Made by a program: the position numbers and the translations under genes
Assembly: GCA_944389525.1 (NCBI GenBank)
Contig: CALXMR010000005.1
Coordinates: 362 to 64,361 of the forward strand
Direction of reading: 5' to 3'
Source of the DNA: an uncultured Alphaproteobacteria bacterium
GTDB taxonomy: Bacteria; Pseudomonadota; Alphaproteobacteria; Rs-D84
Length of the DNA: 64,000 nt
Shown: piece by piece, positions 1 to 10,124 of the stretch
How positions within the stretch are numbered: position 1 is the first letter of the stretch
Layout of the letters: each line of letters begins with the position of its first letter
The notes under the pieces: model-generated
What the model was told of the DNA's origin: nothing
Databases searched by the model: none
What the model saw: the letters and a program-made list of their open reading frames with translations, nothing else

Positions 1-204
1 AGGATTTGGGAAATTGGTTGTCTCTGCGAACGCAACATCTTCTAGAATCTGTTTGCCATTAATTTTTTCTACGACCAGTGGGGTAGAATCACATAAAGAA
101 AATAAGCTTAAATCCGTAGTCACGGAAAATGTTACACCATATGTTTTTTTATTTTTCTTTGTCTGTTTAACAGTTGGCTGCTGTACTTCTGTTTTTTTTG
201 GCAT
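1..204 (-). CDS. Hypothetical protein, 5' part only (continues past window start); N-term MPKKTEVQQPTVKQTKKNKKTYGVTFSV...
   Basis: Minus-strand frame is open from an ATG at 204-202 down to base 1. AAGGA RBS lies 9 nt upstream (revcomp of 213-209). No stop was listed because the ORF leaves the window. The overlapping plus ORF 14..268 is judged spurious. Confidence 0.35.
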   Translation of the reverse strand, partial: MPKKTEVQQPTVKQTKKNKKTYGVTFSVTTDLSLFSLCDSTPLVVEKINGKQILEDVAFAETTNFPNP

Positions 205-301
205 AATTATAATCCTTTTATATAGTCCCTACTTTATAGCACAAAATATTTTGTTGTCAAGTTTTTAATTTTGGGATACTGTCCCTATGATATTATGCTG
301 T

Positions 302-2281
302 TTATACAAACAAATCTTTGACAAATTGGGCGTGTTCCGTAATAAAGCGAAAACGGAATTCCGGTTTTTTGCCCATCAGTTCAGATACGATTGTGCGCGT
401 TTTCTCGGTATCTTCGGCCCCTTCGTCTGTGCGGGGGGGTAATTCAACCCGAATCAGGCGCCGTGTCTTGGGCGACATGGTTGTTTCGCGTAACTGATTT
501 GGCATCATTTCACCCAGACCCTTGAACCGGGAAATTTCAACGCGTTTGTTCTTGTATTTAGTGTTTTTTAATTCTTCTAGTTCTGCATCCGTATCAACAT
601 AAATCGATTCGGTTCCGCATGTTAGTTTATACAGTGGTGGACACGACAGGTACAGGTGACCACCATATATTAACTGGGGCATTACCTGGTAAAAGAATGC
701 CATTAATAGTGACGCAATATGGCTGCCGTCAACATCGGCATCGGTCATGACAATTATTTTTTCATAGCGTAATTTTGATTCGTCCCAATCGCGTGCAGTG
801 CCTGCGCCGATAATATCAATCAGTTCATTTAATTCTTTGTTCGCGCTGAAACGTTCGTCTGAATTAGAGATAACATTTAAAACCTTGCCCCGCAGTGGCA
901 TAATAGCCTGGGTCATGCGGTCGCGCGCCTGTTTCGCGGTGCCGCCGGCGGATTCCCCTTCGACAATAAATAATTCCGTTCCGTCAATGCCGTGTTTCGA
1001 ACAGTCTGCCAGTTTTGCCGGCATGCGTATGCGTTTTGTTGGGGTTTTGCGGGCGATTTCTTTGACCTGTTTGGTCTTGATTCGCGCCGCCGCCAAATTT
1101 GCAACAAAATCCAAGATTGCATTGGCCGTTTTGGGATCAGATGCCAAGAATATATCCCATGGATCACGCAACGCGTTTTCGGTAAAACGCGCAATTTCAG
1201 GGTTAGATAATTTTTCCTTGGTCTGGCCCAGGAATTGCGGCGTTTTATAGAACACCGATACAATTGCCGCAACCGAATCAAATACATCGTCACTGATTAT
1301 CGTGGCGGCCGATTTATTGTTTGTTTTTTCACCATACGCCTTTATTCCGCGGGTAATTGCCGATTTAAATCCTGTTTCGTGGGTGCCACCATCAATTGTC
1401 GCAATCGTGTTACAGTATGATGAAAAGAACCCATCGTCTGATGCCGCACCATTTTCATCAGTTAAAAATGTTAATGCCCATTCCACGCGACCAGAACCAT
1501 CAGGGAAATCGACCGTGCCACTGAATAATTTTGGCATAATGCGTGGTTTGTCGCGGGTCTTTTCTTCCAAGAAATCGGCCACCCCATTGGGATAGTAAAA
1601 TTCCGTCTGGGCCGGGATGTTCATATCTTCGGTAATTAATTCAGGATTACATACCCAATCAACCCGCACGCCACGCGACAAGAATGACTTTGCCCGTGCC
1701 ATGCGATAAATCTTGACCGGCTTGAATACTGCGTTTGCACCAAAGATTTCATCATCAATTGTGAACCTGATTTTTGTGCCGTGGTTTTTGGTCGGGTTGC
1801 CACGGGTCATCGCACTGGTCGGTTTGCCGCGTGAAAATGTCTGGCGCCATTCATAACCATCACGCGATATAGTCACAATCATTTCAGACGACAGGGCGTT
1901 TACAACCGAACTGCCAACGCCGTGCAGACCACCACTGGTCTTATAAACATTATTATTAAATTTTCCCCCAGAATGCAGGGTGGTTAAAATAACTTCTAGG
2001 GCGGATTTGCCCGGGAATTTCGGATGTTCGTCAACCGGTATGCCACGACCGTCATCGGTGATTTCAATCGTTTTGGCATCAATCAAATCTACAGTGATTT
2101 TTTTTGCGAATCCGGCGACCGCTTCGTCAATGGAATTATCCAATATTTCTATGGGCAGATGGTGCCAGGCCTTTTCATCGGTGCCGCCAATATACATACC
2201 TGGGCGTAAACGAACCGGTTCCAGCCCTTCTAGGACCTGGATATCTGATGCATCATATGTGTGTGTATTCTGTTCAACCAT
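302..2281 (-). CDS. parE: Type IIA topoisomerase ATPase subunit, topoisomerase IV subunit B (short GyrB-family without the proteobacterial GyrB insert)
   Basis: N-term LEGLEPVRLRPGMYIGGT, GHKL ATPase, TOPRIM (EGDSAGG) and C-terminal PLxGKxLN motifs. At 659 aa it is too short for an alphaproteobacterial GyrB (~800 aa). Confidence 0.8.
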   Translation of the reverse strand: MVEQNTHTYDASDIQVLEGLEPVRLRPGMYIGGTDEKAWHHLPIEILDNSIDEAVAGFAKKITVDLIDAKTIEITDDGRGIPVDEHPKFPGKSALEVILTTLHSGGKFNNNVYKTSGGLHGVGSSVVNALSSEMIVTISRDGYEWRQTFSRGKPTSAMTRGNPTKNHGTKIRFTIDDEIFGANAVFKPVKIYRMARAKSFLSRGVRVDWVCNPELITEDMNIPAQTEFYYPNGVADFLEEKTRDKPRIMPKLFSGTVDFPDGSGRVEWALTFLTDENGAASDDGFFSSYCNTIATIDGGTHETGFKSAITRGIKAYGEKTNNKSAATIISDDVFDSVAAIVSVFYKTPQFLGQTKEKLSNPEIARFTENALRDPWDIFLASDPKTANAILDFVANLAAARIKTKQVKEIARKTPTKRIRMPAKLADCSKHGIDGTELFIVEGESAGGTAKQARDRMTQAIMPLRGKVLNVISNSDERFSANKELNELIDIIGAGTARDWDESKLRYEKIIVMTDADVDGSHIASLLMAFFYQVMPQLIYGGHLYLSCPPLYKLTCGTESIYVDTDAELEELKNTKYKNKRVEISRFKGLGEMMPNQLRETTMSPKTRRLIRVELPPRTDEGAEDTEKTRTIVSELMGKKPEFRFRFITEHAQFVKDLFV

Positions 2282-2447
2282 AACACACAATTATTAGTAC
2301 ATTTCCGCGACCCTTGCAAGTGAAAGAATTTGTACACGATGTTCACCGCGCCCTGGGGTAATTCAGGGTAATCAAGAAAAGTTTTTTTATAATCTTGATT
2401 TTTATATTAATATACCTATATATTCTGGGACATAACAAAAGTAGGCA

Positions 2448-3587
2448 TTGAAAATGAATAAAAATCCATATGAAGTTCTGGGGGTGGCGCGCGATGCGTC
2501 TGATGCAGATATTAAAAAGGCATACCATAAACTGGTTATGAAATATCACCCAGACAGAAATCCGGGGGATAAAAATGCCGAAGAAAAATTCAAAGAAGTT
2601 AATAACGCGTTTGATATCCTGAAAGATCCGCAAAAACGCGCGGCATATGATAGATTCGGCGATGCGGCGTTTGCCGGGGGGAATGCGTCTGGGGCGAATC
2701 CGTTTGGTGCAGGCGGCAACCCGTTTGGTAATGGGGCGTTTCACTTTAATATGGGTGGTGGCGCCGGAATGGAAGATATCCTGCGCGAAGCAATGCGGGG
2801 ATTTGGATTTGATGGGTTTGGTGGTGCAACGCGTGGCGCGTCTGGGCGGCGCACAGGGCGCGATTTACTGGATGAGGTTGTAATTGACCTGCGTGATGCA
2901 TATTTTGGCACAACACATACGGTAAAGTTTTCCAGCAATGTTCAATGTGAAAAATGTCATGGATATGGCACGGCCGATGGACGGCCGGCGCCTGAATGTT
3001 CGCGCTGTCACGGTACAGGATATGTCCAAACGAATCGCGGATTTTTTGCAATGGAAACGCCGTGTCCAGATTGCAATGGGCTGGGGCACAAGATTGATAA
3101 AAAATGTTCTGAATGCGATGGTGCGGGAACGGTACGCAAATCTAGAACATTGGATGTTAAAATACCGGCCGGGGTCGAAGATGGAACGCGGCTGCGTCTG
3201 GCTGGCCAGGGCGAGGCCGGACAAAACGGTGCACCGGCGGGGGATTTTTATCTGGATGTGCGCGTGCGGCCAGATAAACGGTTCGAACGCGATGGGGCAG
3301 ATTTGATAACGCGTGCGGATGTTCCGTTTACAACATTGGCGCTGGGCGGTGAAATAGAAATTGAAACAATTGATGATAAAAAACTGTCTGTCAAGGTGCC
3401 GGCCGGTACCCAGGTTGGTGAAAAATTACGCGTGCGTGGCCACGGCATGCCAACACGCCGCGCGGGCAACTTTGGTGATTTATATATCGACATAAATATG
3501 CCTGTGCCAACAAAACTGACCGAAAAGCAAAAGAAATTATTAAACGAATTCGCCGGCACAAAAAGTGCCAAAAAAGGATGGTTCTAA
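2448..3587 (+). CDS. dnaJ: Chaperone DnaJ
   Basis: J-domain with HPD (KYHPDRNPGD), G/F-rich linker, four CxxCxGxG zinc-finger repeats, C-terminal domain. Confidence 0.92.
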   Translation: MKMNKNPYEVLGVARDASDADIKKAYHKLVMKYHPDRNPGDKNAEEKFKEVNNAFDILKDPQKRAAYDRFGDAAFAGGNASGANPFGAGGNPFGNGAFHFNMGGGAGMEDILREAMRGFGFDGFGGATRGASGRRTGRDLLDEVVIDLRDAYFGTTHTVKFSSNVQCEKCHGYGTADGRPAPECSRCHGTGYVQTNRGFFAMETPCPDCNGLGHKIDKKCSECDGAGTVRKSRTLDVKIPAGVEDGTRLRLAGQGEAGQNGAPAGDFYLDVRVRPDKRFERDGADLITRADVPFTTLALGGEIEIETIDDKKLSVKVPAGTQVGEKLRVRGHGMPTRRAGNFGDLYIDINMPVPTKLTEKQKKLLNEFAGTKSAKKGWF

Positions 3588-3632
3588 AAAACGCGCTATG
3601 TGCATAAATTACTGCACATAGCGCGTTTTTTA
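3586..3632 (+). terminator. Rho-independent terminator after dnaJ
   Basis: Stem acgcgctatgtgca/tgcacatagcgcgt followed by a T-run. Confidence 0.6.
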
Positions 3633-3639
3633 TACACAT

Positions 3640-3672
3640 AAAAAAATCCCATCAATTTGATGGGATTTTTAT
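3640..3672. terminator. Bidirectional hairpin terminator (A-run, atcccatcaatttgatgggat, T-run) serving pgsA and dnaJ
   Basis: Perfect hairpin flanked by an A-run on one side and a T-run on the other, located between convergent genes. Confidence 0.55.
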
Positions 3673-4274
3673 TACTTTTTTATCTGTTTTATTTTTTGTG
3701 AAAATGTAATTGTGTACTGGGTTGCAGACCATACAGATGCCAGCAATGACAACCATGTTCCCCAAATACCAATATGTGGCAAGATGTTGATTAACCACAT
3801 TATTGTGCGGCTGTCCATTTCGGGGGTCAGCATTGCACCAATTGCAAACAATAACAAGAATGCCGCGATGGTAATCATTTGCAATGTTGTTTTAATCTTT
3901 GCCATTGAAAAACGACCCTTTTGTACGGGCATTTCAATTTTCTGGGTGCCCAAGAATTCGCGCAGACCACTGATATACAATTCGCGGGCAATCATGATTA
4001 TAATAGGAACAACAATAAACCAGACTGGCATCATTACAACCAACATGATGAATGTATTCACGACCAATAATTTGTCGCCAATGTGATCCATTACACCGCC
4101 CAGTTTGCTGCACACATTATACTTGCGCGCCAAGAAACCATCAAACCAATCAGACAGCGCCGCCAGCACATATAATATAAATGTTGTCCAATACAGGCCA
4201 AACATCAGTGTTGGTATTATCGCAAATGCCGCCGCAATACGGAATGCAGATAAAAAGTTTACAAAAAATTTCAT
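3672..4274 (-). CDS. pgsA: CDP-diacylglycerol--glycerol-3-phosphate 3-phosphatidyltransferase
   Basis: CDP-alcohol phosphatidyltransferase motif DWFDGFLAR...GGVMDHIGDKLL. Multi-TM protein. Conserved uvrC-pgsA linkage. Confidence 0.8.
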   Translation of the reverse strand: MKFFVNFLSAFRIAAAFAIIPTLMFGLYWTTFILYVLAALSDWFDGFLARKYNVCSKLGGVMDHIGDKLLVVNTFIMLVVMMPVWFIVVPIIIMIARELYISGLREFLGTQKIEMPVQKGRFSMAKIKTTLQMITIAAFLLLFAIGAMLTPEMDSRTIMWLINILPHIGIWGTWLSLLASVWSATQYTITFSQKIKQIKK

Positions 4275-4308
4275 ATTTTACTCCTTTATATATCACATAT
4301 GTTCTTGA

Positions 4309-5733
4309 TTATACCACTTCTGTATGAAAATGGGCATAAATTTTTTTTGCTGCCGTGTCCCCCAGCCCCGGCACATGGCACAGGGCGTCCAGCGATGCAT
4401 CGGCAACCGCCCGCACAGAGCCAAAATGATTTAACAGTGCGCGTTTCCGTGTGGGGCCAATGCCGTCAATTTCGTCCAATACAGATGATGTCATCTGCTT
4501 TGCACGAACCGTGCGATGAAATGTGATTACGAAACGATGCGCTTCGTCACGAACAGCACGCAGTAATAAAAACAGTCGTGAATCTTTGGGAATGTCGCGA
4601 TTGACCGAACCGTCTGGTAAAATAAAATGTTCATCGCCGTCACGAACAACGCCCTTGGTCACGCCCAGAATTGGGATGCTGGGCGCGGTTTTATGTGCGA
4701 TGTTCCATTGGGCTGGACCGCCATCTACGATTATTAAATCCAGTTTTGGACCGCGTTCGGTTGCGCGTTGGACAAATTCTGCCATCATTGCAATGTCATT
4801 GCCGGCGCGCGCGCCATCGCGTAATTTAAAATGTCTGTACCCAGATTTTATAAACCCATCGTGACCAAATGTTATCATTGCACCAACAGGACTGCGCCCG
4901 AACAGGTGCGAATTATCAAACACGCCGACACAGTTAATTTTTTGACCGATTAATTTTTCCAGATCACTTACCGCACCAGACCAATCGAAATTCGCGCTAT
5001 GTGCACGATTGCGCCGTATACCGCGTGTTGATGTTTGTGTCAGTGCCGCAATTTTATCGCGCATTGCCGCCGCTGATTCAAAATCCATTGTCGCCGCAAA
5101 TTTTTTCATTTCGGCGGTTAAATCGGCGATAATTGGTTCGCTGTCGCCGGTTAAGATACGACGTGCCAATGCGACATTTTCCATGTAATGCGTTTGCGGG
5201 ATTGTGCACGGCGCGCTGCATCGGCCAATTTGGTATAACAGGCATGGTCGCGTGCGATTACGCATAAATGTGTCCGTACATGTACGCAGACGACATACTT
5301 TTTGAATCGTTTTTATTGTGTCGTTCAATGCCGTGACCGATGGATATGGACCATATACATCGCGCCGTTGTGATATCTTGCCACGAAATTTTAACAGGCG
5401 CGGATATTCAGATTGGGTCAGTGCAATCATCGGGTACATTTTCCCATCGGTCAGCATGATGTTGTATTTGGGTTTCAGTGACTTTATCAGATTTTGTTCC
5501 AATATCAGGGCGTCTGATTCTGTTGGTGTTATGTCCCATTCAACACGCGTAACCAGTGTACGCATAACCTGTTTGTGCGGTTCCAGTTTAGAAATGTCCA
5601 CATACTGTTTTAGTCGGTTGGACAGATTTTTTGCCTTGCCCACATACAGCAGTGTGCCATCTGCGCCATACATTTTGTATATGCCAGGTGCGTTGGGACT
5701 ATTTTCAATCAAATCAGAAAATTGAATATTCAT
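4309..5733 (-). CDS. uvrC: Excinuclease ABC subunit C (compact, 474 aa)
   Basis: N-terminal GIY-YIG (GIYKMYGADGTLLYVGKAKNLSNRLKQY), Cys-rich region, UVR-like segment, RNaseH-like endonuclease region, C-terminal (HhH)2 (LDEIDGIGPTRKRALLNHFGS). Confidence 0.82.
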   Translation of the reverse strand: MNIQFSDLIENSPNAPGIYKMYGADGTLLYVGKAKNLSNRLKQYVDISKLEPHKQVMRTLVTRVEWDITPTESDALILEQNLIKSLKPKYNIMLTDGKMYPMIALTQSEYPRLLKFRGKISQRRDVYGPYPSVTALNDTIKTIQKVCRLRTCTDTFMRNRTRPCLLYQIGRCSAPCTIPQTHYMENVALARRILTGDSEPIIADLTAEMKKFAATMDFESAAAMRDKIAALTQTSTRGIRRNRAHSANFDWSGAVSDLEKLIGQKINCVGVFDNSHLFGRSPVGAMITFGHDGFIKSGYRHFKLRDGARAGNDIAMMAEFVQRATERGPKLDLIIVDGGPAQWNIAHKTAPSIPILGVTKGVVRDGDEHFILPDGSVNRDIPKDSRLFLLLRAVRDEAHRFVITFHRTVRAKQMTSSVLDEIDGIGPTRKRALLNHFGSVRAVADASLDALCHVPGLGDTAAKKIYAHFHTEVV

Positions 5734-5783
5734 GATACTTATGATAGAATATTATAAACTAAATAGCAAATGGGGGATATAAA

Positions 5784-6248
5784 ATGAGGCAAGAATCAGG
5801 TCGTTCAATGATCGAGATGATGGGCGTGTTGGCCATTATGGGTGTTATAACTGTTGGGGCAATTGCCGCGATTTCCAGTGCAATGAATATGCAAAAACGG
5901 AACGAGGTTAATGATGAAGTTTTACAGATGGTAACCCAAGTACGCCAGATTTTCAGCGAATTTGATGATTATTCAAACATAAATAATGCAACGATTTTCA
6001 GTGCGATTAATATGTCTAACAAGAATCCATATGGTGGATCGTACGAGATAACGGTAAATCCGTCTAATCCGCGCCAGTTTATTGTGTCTGTTACAGGACT
6101 GACACAGTCAGAATGTGAATCGCTGGTGGTCAAGGGATGGGATGGTTCTGTCGGATACGAGGCGTCAGGGCGCACAGAAAGTGGTGCCGTGGGTGATTGT
6201 GACAGTGCCGGCGATCAGAATATAGTCAGAATAACATACGGTGAATAA
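5784..6248 (+). CDS. Prepilin-type N-terminal cleavage/methylation domain protein (type IV pilin or pseudopilin-like)
   Basis: Short leader MRQESG, then RSMIEMMGVLAIMGVITVGAIAAI with Glu at +5 and a hydrophobic helix. C-terminal Cys residues. GGGGGA RBS. Confidence 0.55.
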   Translation: MRQESGRSMIEMMGVLAIMGVITVGAIAAISSAMNMQKRNEVNDEVLQMVTQVRQIFSEFDDYSNINNATIFSAINMSNKNPYGGSYEITVNPSNPRQFIVSVTGLTQSECESLVVKGWDGSVGYEASGRTESGAVGDCDSAGDQNIVRITYGE

Positions 6249-6266
6249 ATCGCCAGGGGCGTAAAC

Positions 6267-7238
6267 ATGGCGGAATTAGTGGAAATTTCAAAAACCGAAG
6301 AAGGAACGCGATTGTTGCGTTGGTTCTTGCGGCGTTTTCCTGCCATGCCACAACGGGAGTTTTATAAACTGTGTCGGGGTGGACAGATTCGGGTTAATTC
6401 ATCTCGCGCCCGGGGTCAAGAGATATTATGTGCGGGTGATGTTGTGCGTGTTCCGCCGACTGTGGCCGGGTATGCAAAACCGGCGGTAAAAAAGACCGAG
6501 TCTGGTAACCGTTTTTCGCTATCTGATTTAGAATCATTGCGCCGGTGCATAATTCACAATGATGCTGATATTGTCGTTTTTGACAAGCCGGCTGGTCTGG
6601 CGGTCCAGGGGGGGACCGGTATTCGCAAGTCTGTGGATAAAATGGCGGCGGCGTTGTTTCCGTACGATAAAATTTCGTTGGTGCATCGATTGGATCGGGA
6701 AACTAGCGGGGTTTTAGTGGTCGCAAAAAATCAGCGCGCGGCGCAAATTTTGGCCAATGAATTCCAGACGAAATTTGCACACAAAGAATATTTGGCATTG
6801 TTGAATGGTGATGTTAAACCTGCACATGGTGTTATCGATAACTATATGGTCAAAGGCCAGGTTTTTGACGAACCCACCCGAATAAATGGCGGTACAGGGC
6901 AACGACCCCAGCGTGCGATTACAGAATATGATGTTTTGTCGCGGGCCGGTGGACATTTGTCGTGGGTGCGATTCGCGCCGAAAACTGGGCGAACACATCA
7001 ACTGAGGGTGCATAGCGCGATGTGTTTACATGCACCAATTGTTGGTGATATGTTATACGGCGCAGATAAACAGTTGGATGGTGCGTTGCGGTCTGTGTTG
7101 GCAACGAATAATTTGTTTTTGTTGGCGTATAAATTAACTTTCCAGCATCCATCAACAGGTAAAATGATGACGTTGCGTGCGGGCGTGCCAGAATTTATGC
7201 AGCCAATAATAAAATTTTTAGAATTTAAGTTGCCTTGA
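6267..7238 (+). CDS. RluA-family 23S rRNA pseudouridine synthase with N-terminal S4-like domain (RluC/RluD type)
   Basis: HRLDRETSGVLVVAKN catalytic motif. Full-length S4 plus PseudoU_synth_2 architecture. Confidence 0.85.
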   Translation: MAELVEISKTEEGTRLLRWFLRRFPAMPQREFYKLCRGGQIRVNSSRARGQEILCAGDVVRVPPTVAGYAKPAVKKTESGNRFSLSDLESLRRCIIHNDADIVVFDKPAGLAVQGGTGIRKSVDKMAAALFPYDKISLVHRLDRETSGVLVVAKNQRAAQILANEFQTKFAHKEYLALLNGDVKPAHGVIDNYMVKGQVFDEPTRINGGTGQRPQRAITEYDVLSRAGGHLSWVRFAPKTGRTHQLRVHSAMCLHAPIVGDMLYGADKQLDGALRSVLATNNLFLLAYKLTFQHPSTGKMMTLRAGVPEFMQPIIKFLEFKLP

Positions 7239-7266
7239 TTGGCAAGAGGTATAAAATAAATCCGCA

Positions 7267-9342
7267 ATGGTAAAGAAAAAAAGAAATTTGTTTTTTGTAA
7301 TAGTGCGTGTGATGGTTCTGTTTATAATGGGGCTGGTGGTGGCGGGTGTGGTTGCGCTGTCGCAGATAAATTTAGAGGCATTGCGTGGTAATGTGTTGGC
7401 TGTGTTGCGGGATGCAACCGGATTGCCGGTCGAAATAGATGGGGCCGTGTCGTGGAAACTGTCGCTGCGGCCGCAAATAGAGTTAAACCAGGTGCATGTC
7501 CCAAACGCCGCGTGGGCAAATCATGATGACGCATTCCGCGCAGAAAAAATTGATGTGACGCTGGATTTAATATCGCTGTTCCAGGATCGGCCAACAATTC
7601 AAGATATTAAAATATATGATGCTAATATTTGCATAGAACAAAATGACCAGGGACAATATTCTATATTGCCAGATATGGGTAAACAATCGTCAGCACCTGA
7701 TGCATCGCCCGCCGAATATCCGTTCTTGGACCCAGGACTGGGTGGGGTAGAGGTTCAGAATCTGGAACTGGATGTTTTGGGAAATGAATATTCTATATCT
7801 GGGTTTCAAATTCGGTATATTCCACGTGAAGACAGTCGTGAATACAGTGGGTGGATAAAATCTGATTCAGATGTATTCCCGTTCATTATATCTTTTTCGC
7901 CGTATAATGCCGAACGCAAGGTATATCCAATGAAAATTGCGTTCGCCACAGGGGGCGATGCGTTGATTGCGAATGTCGCACTAGAAGGAACCAGCAAGGC
8001 ACCAATTGATTTTATTATCAAGGGTGATATCCCAGATATTACCGCAGTGGGCGATGTTTTTAATATTCATCTGGCCCAGATGCCGAAATTATCAGTCAAT
8101 ATAACTGGGGGATTTGATTGGCATAAATTAACATTTAGAAATTCGTCCATTACCGTGCGCGGAACACAAATCGGATTTTCTGGCGGGGTTGATTGGTCTG
8201 GACCACGGCCAGTGATAAATGCCAATCTGGAATCAAAGTCTGTTAATCTGATGGAATTGTTTCCCGAGTTATATGGACGGCGTTGGACACGGCCAAATCG
8301 TGATCTGAATGTATTTCATGATATCCCATTGTTTGGTTCGGAATTTTTAAAATTTGATTTAAACCTGCATGCGATAGTCGACAGTTTGTTGGTTTATCGC
8401 GACATGGACATTCGTGATATCGATTTAAAGGTTGATTTGAAAAATGCACATGCACGCGTTGATGCGATGGTAAATTTTGCCGGTGGCGATGTTATGGCGG
8501 GGGCAGATGTTGATATTGCATCAGATGGTCATATGTATGTCAGAATGGGTGGCATGGGGCGCGGTATCGTTATCGGTACATTGATGAATCAAATTCAAAT
8601 AAATGATTTTATTTCTGAATTGCCGGTAAATTTTGATTTGTATGTGGTGGCCAATGGATCCAATTTATCACAGTGGATGCAGACAATTTCTGGCCCGGTC
8701 CAGGTGTATTCTGCGGCCCCAGGCTATGCACATTCGGCGTTGGTTGCAAATATGTACGGAACAGATTTCTTGACCACATTGCGGCACAGTATTCGTGATT
8801 TGTTCAGTTCGGAAAAAAAGTATAACCAAATGAAAATATCGTGCGCGGTTGTGAACACTAAATTGCGTTCAGGGCTGATTGAAACACAGAATGGGGTTGC
8901 CATTGAAACAAACGCGATAAATGTCCGTCTGGGGGGCAGTTTGAATCTGGGGGATGAAGAAATTCAATTATCGTTGACCACAGTGCCAGTGCGTGGGTTG
9001 AAATTATCATTAACAGGTAATGTGGTGAATTCGATTGAAATTACGGGTAATCTGGCCGAACCAACCGTGCGTATCAGTGGCGCGGCCGTTGCGGGCAAGG
9101 TTGCGTCTGCAACCGGGATAGGGTTGCTGTTGGCGCCATTTACAGGTGGTATCGGTTTGGTTGCCGGTGCCGGTGTTGGATTGCTGGCGGGGGATTTGCT
9201 GGAAAATTGGTTGGCGGATGATAATCCGTGTGAAACGGCGATGAACCGTGGTGCGCCCGCGCGCCGTGATGATCCGGAATGGATGAATCGACCAGTTACA
9301 GAATTGGCTGCAGAAATGTTGAATTTAAATATTGAACAGTAA
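7267..9342 (+). CDS. AsmA-family outer-membrane biogenesis protein
   Basis: N-terminal TM anchor followed by a long beta-rich periplasmic region. Resemblance to the AsmA/DUF3971 architecture. Moderate confidence. Confidence 0.55.
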   Translation: MVKKKRNLFFVIVRVMVLFIMGLVVAGVVALSQINLEALRGNVLAVLRDATGLPVEIDGAVSWKLSLRPQIELNQVHVPNAAWANHDDAFRAEKIDVTLDLISLFQDRPTIQDIKIYDANICIEQNDQGQYSILPDMGKQSSAPDASPAEYPFLDPGLGGVEVQNLELDVLGNEYSISGFQIRYIPREDSREYSGWIKSDSDVFPFIISFSPYNAERKVYPMKIAFATGGDALIANVALEGTSKAPIDFIIKGDIPDITAVGDVFNIHLAQMPKLSVNITGGFDWHKLTFRNSSITVRGTQIGFSGGVDWSGPRPVINANLESKSVNLMELFPELYGRRWTRPNRDLNVFHDIPLFGSEFLKFDLNLHAIVDSLLVYRDMDIRDIDLKVDLKNAHARVDAMVNFAGGDVMAGADVDIASDGHMYVRMGGMGRGIVIGTLMNQIQINDFISELPVNFDLYVVANGSNLSQWMQTISGPVQVYSAAPGYAHSALVANMYGTDFLTTLRHSIRDLFSSEKKYNQMKISCAVVNTKLRSGLIETQNGVAIETNAINVRLGGSLNLGDEEIQLSLTTVPVRGLKLSLTGNVVNSIEITGNLAEPTVRISGAAVAGKVASATGIGLLLAPFTGGIGLVAGAGVGLLAGDLLENWLADDNPCETAMNRGAPARRDDPEWMNRPVTELAAEMLNLNIEQ

Positions 9343-9356
9343 AAGGAGAAAAATAC

Positions 9357-10124
9357 ATGTCTGGCATGTTTAGTTGGGTTGCGTTGGTGCAAATTTTAAT
9401 AATTATGCTGATGTTGGCGCTGTTTTATCGCAGTTTTATTCGTAATACTTCATCAGAACGCTTGGTGCGCGGTTTGTTGGGGTTGGCGTTATTGTGGGCG
9501 GTCAGTTTTATTTTAACATGGTTGCATCTGGATTTGTTGGGGACTTTTTTGCATTGGACTGCATTGTTCTTGTCTATCAGTTTGATTGTTGTGTTTCAGC
9601 CCGAATTGCGCAAGTTTATGGCGCTGATGGGAAATATTGATGAATGGCGGCGATTGTTTAAACGCGGCGGGGTGACAACCCGGGATACGCGGGCACTGGA
9701 TGCGATTGTGTCGGCGGTTGAATATATGTCGGCCAAGCATACTGGCGCGCTGATTGTATTCCCCAGCACATTGGATGAAAGCGTAATTGAAAAACCAGGG
9801 GTTAGAATAGATGCCGTGATTTCTAGTGAATTATTACTAACCATATTCTTTAACAAAACGCCGTTGCATGATGGAGCTGTTATAATTGAAAAAAATCGTA
9901 TCGCATATGCTGGGGGCATTTTGCCATTATCACAGAATAATCTGAATTGGAAATATGGCACGCGTCATCGTGCGGCACTGGGGCTGTCAGAGGTGTCTGG
10001 TGCAACCGTGCTGGTCGTGTCCGAAGAAAGTGGTGATATATCAATCGCGGAAAAAGGAAAGTTTACAAAATATGATGATATGAAAAAATTACGCGCAAAA
10101 TTGGAAAAAGTTATGGCAAAATAA
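9357..10124 (+). CDS. cdaA: Diadenylate cyclase CdaA (membrane-anchored DAC domain, c-di-AMP synthase)
   Basis: Three N-terminal TM helices. DAC domain with DGA (TPLHDGAVIIE) and RHR (GTRHRAALGLSE) motifs. Confidence 0.82.
   Translation: MSGMFSWVALVQILIIMLMLALFYRSFIRNTSSERLVRGLLGLALLWAVSFILTWLHLDLLGTFLHWTALFLSISLIVVFQPELRKFMALMGNIDEWRRLFKRGGVTTRDTRALDAIVSAVEYMSAKHTGALIVFPSTLDESVIEKPGVRIDAVISSELLLTIFFNKTPLHDGAVIIEKNRIAYAGGILPLSQNNLNWKYGTRHRAALGLSEVSGATVLVVSEESGDISIAEKGKFTKYDDMKKLRAKLEKVMAK

Noticed and set aside
14-268. 84-aa plus-strand ORF at the window start
   Set aside because: Hydrophobic low-complexity translation, no RBS, and antisense to a better-supported minus-strand partial gene (1-204) that has an AAGGA RBS.
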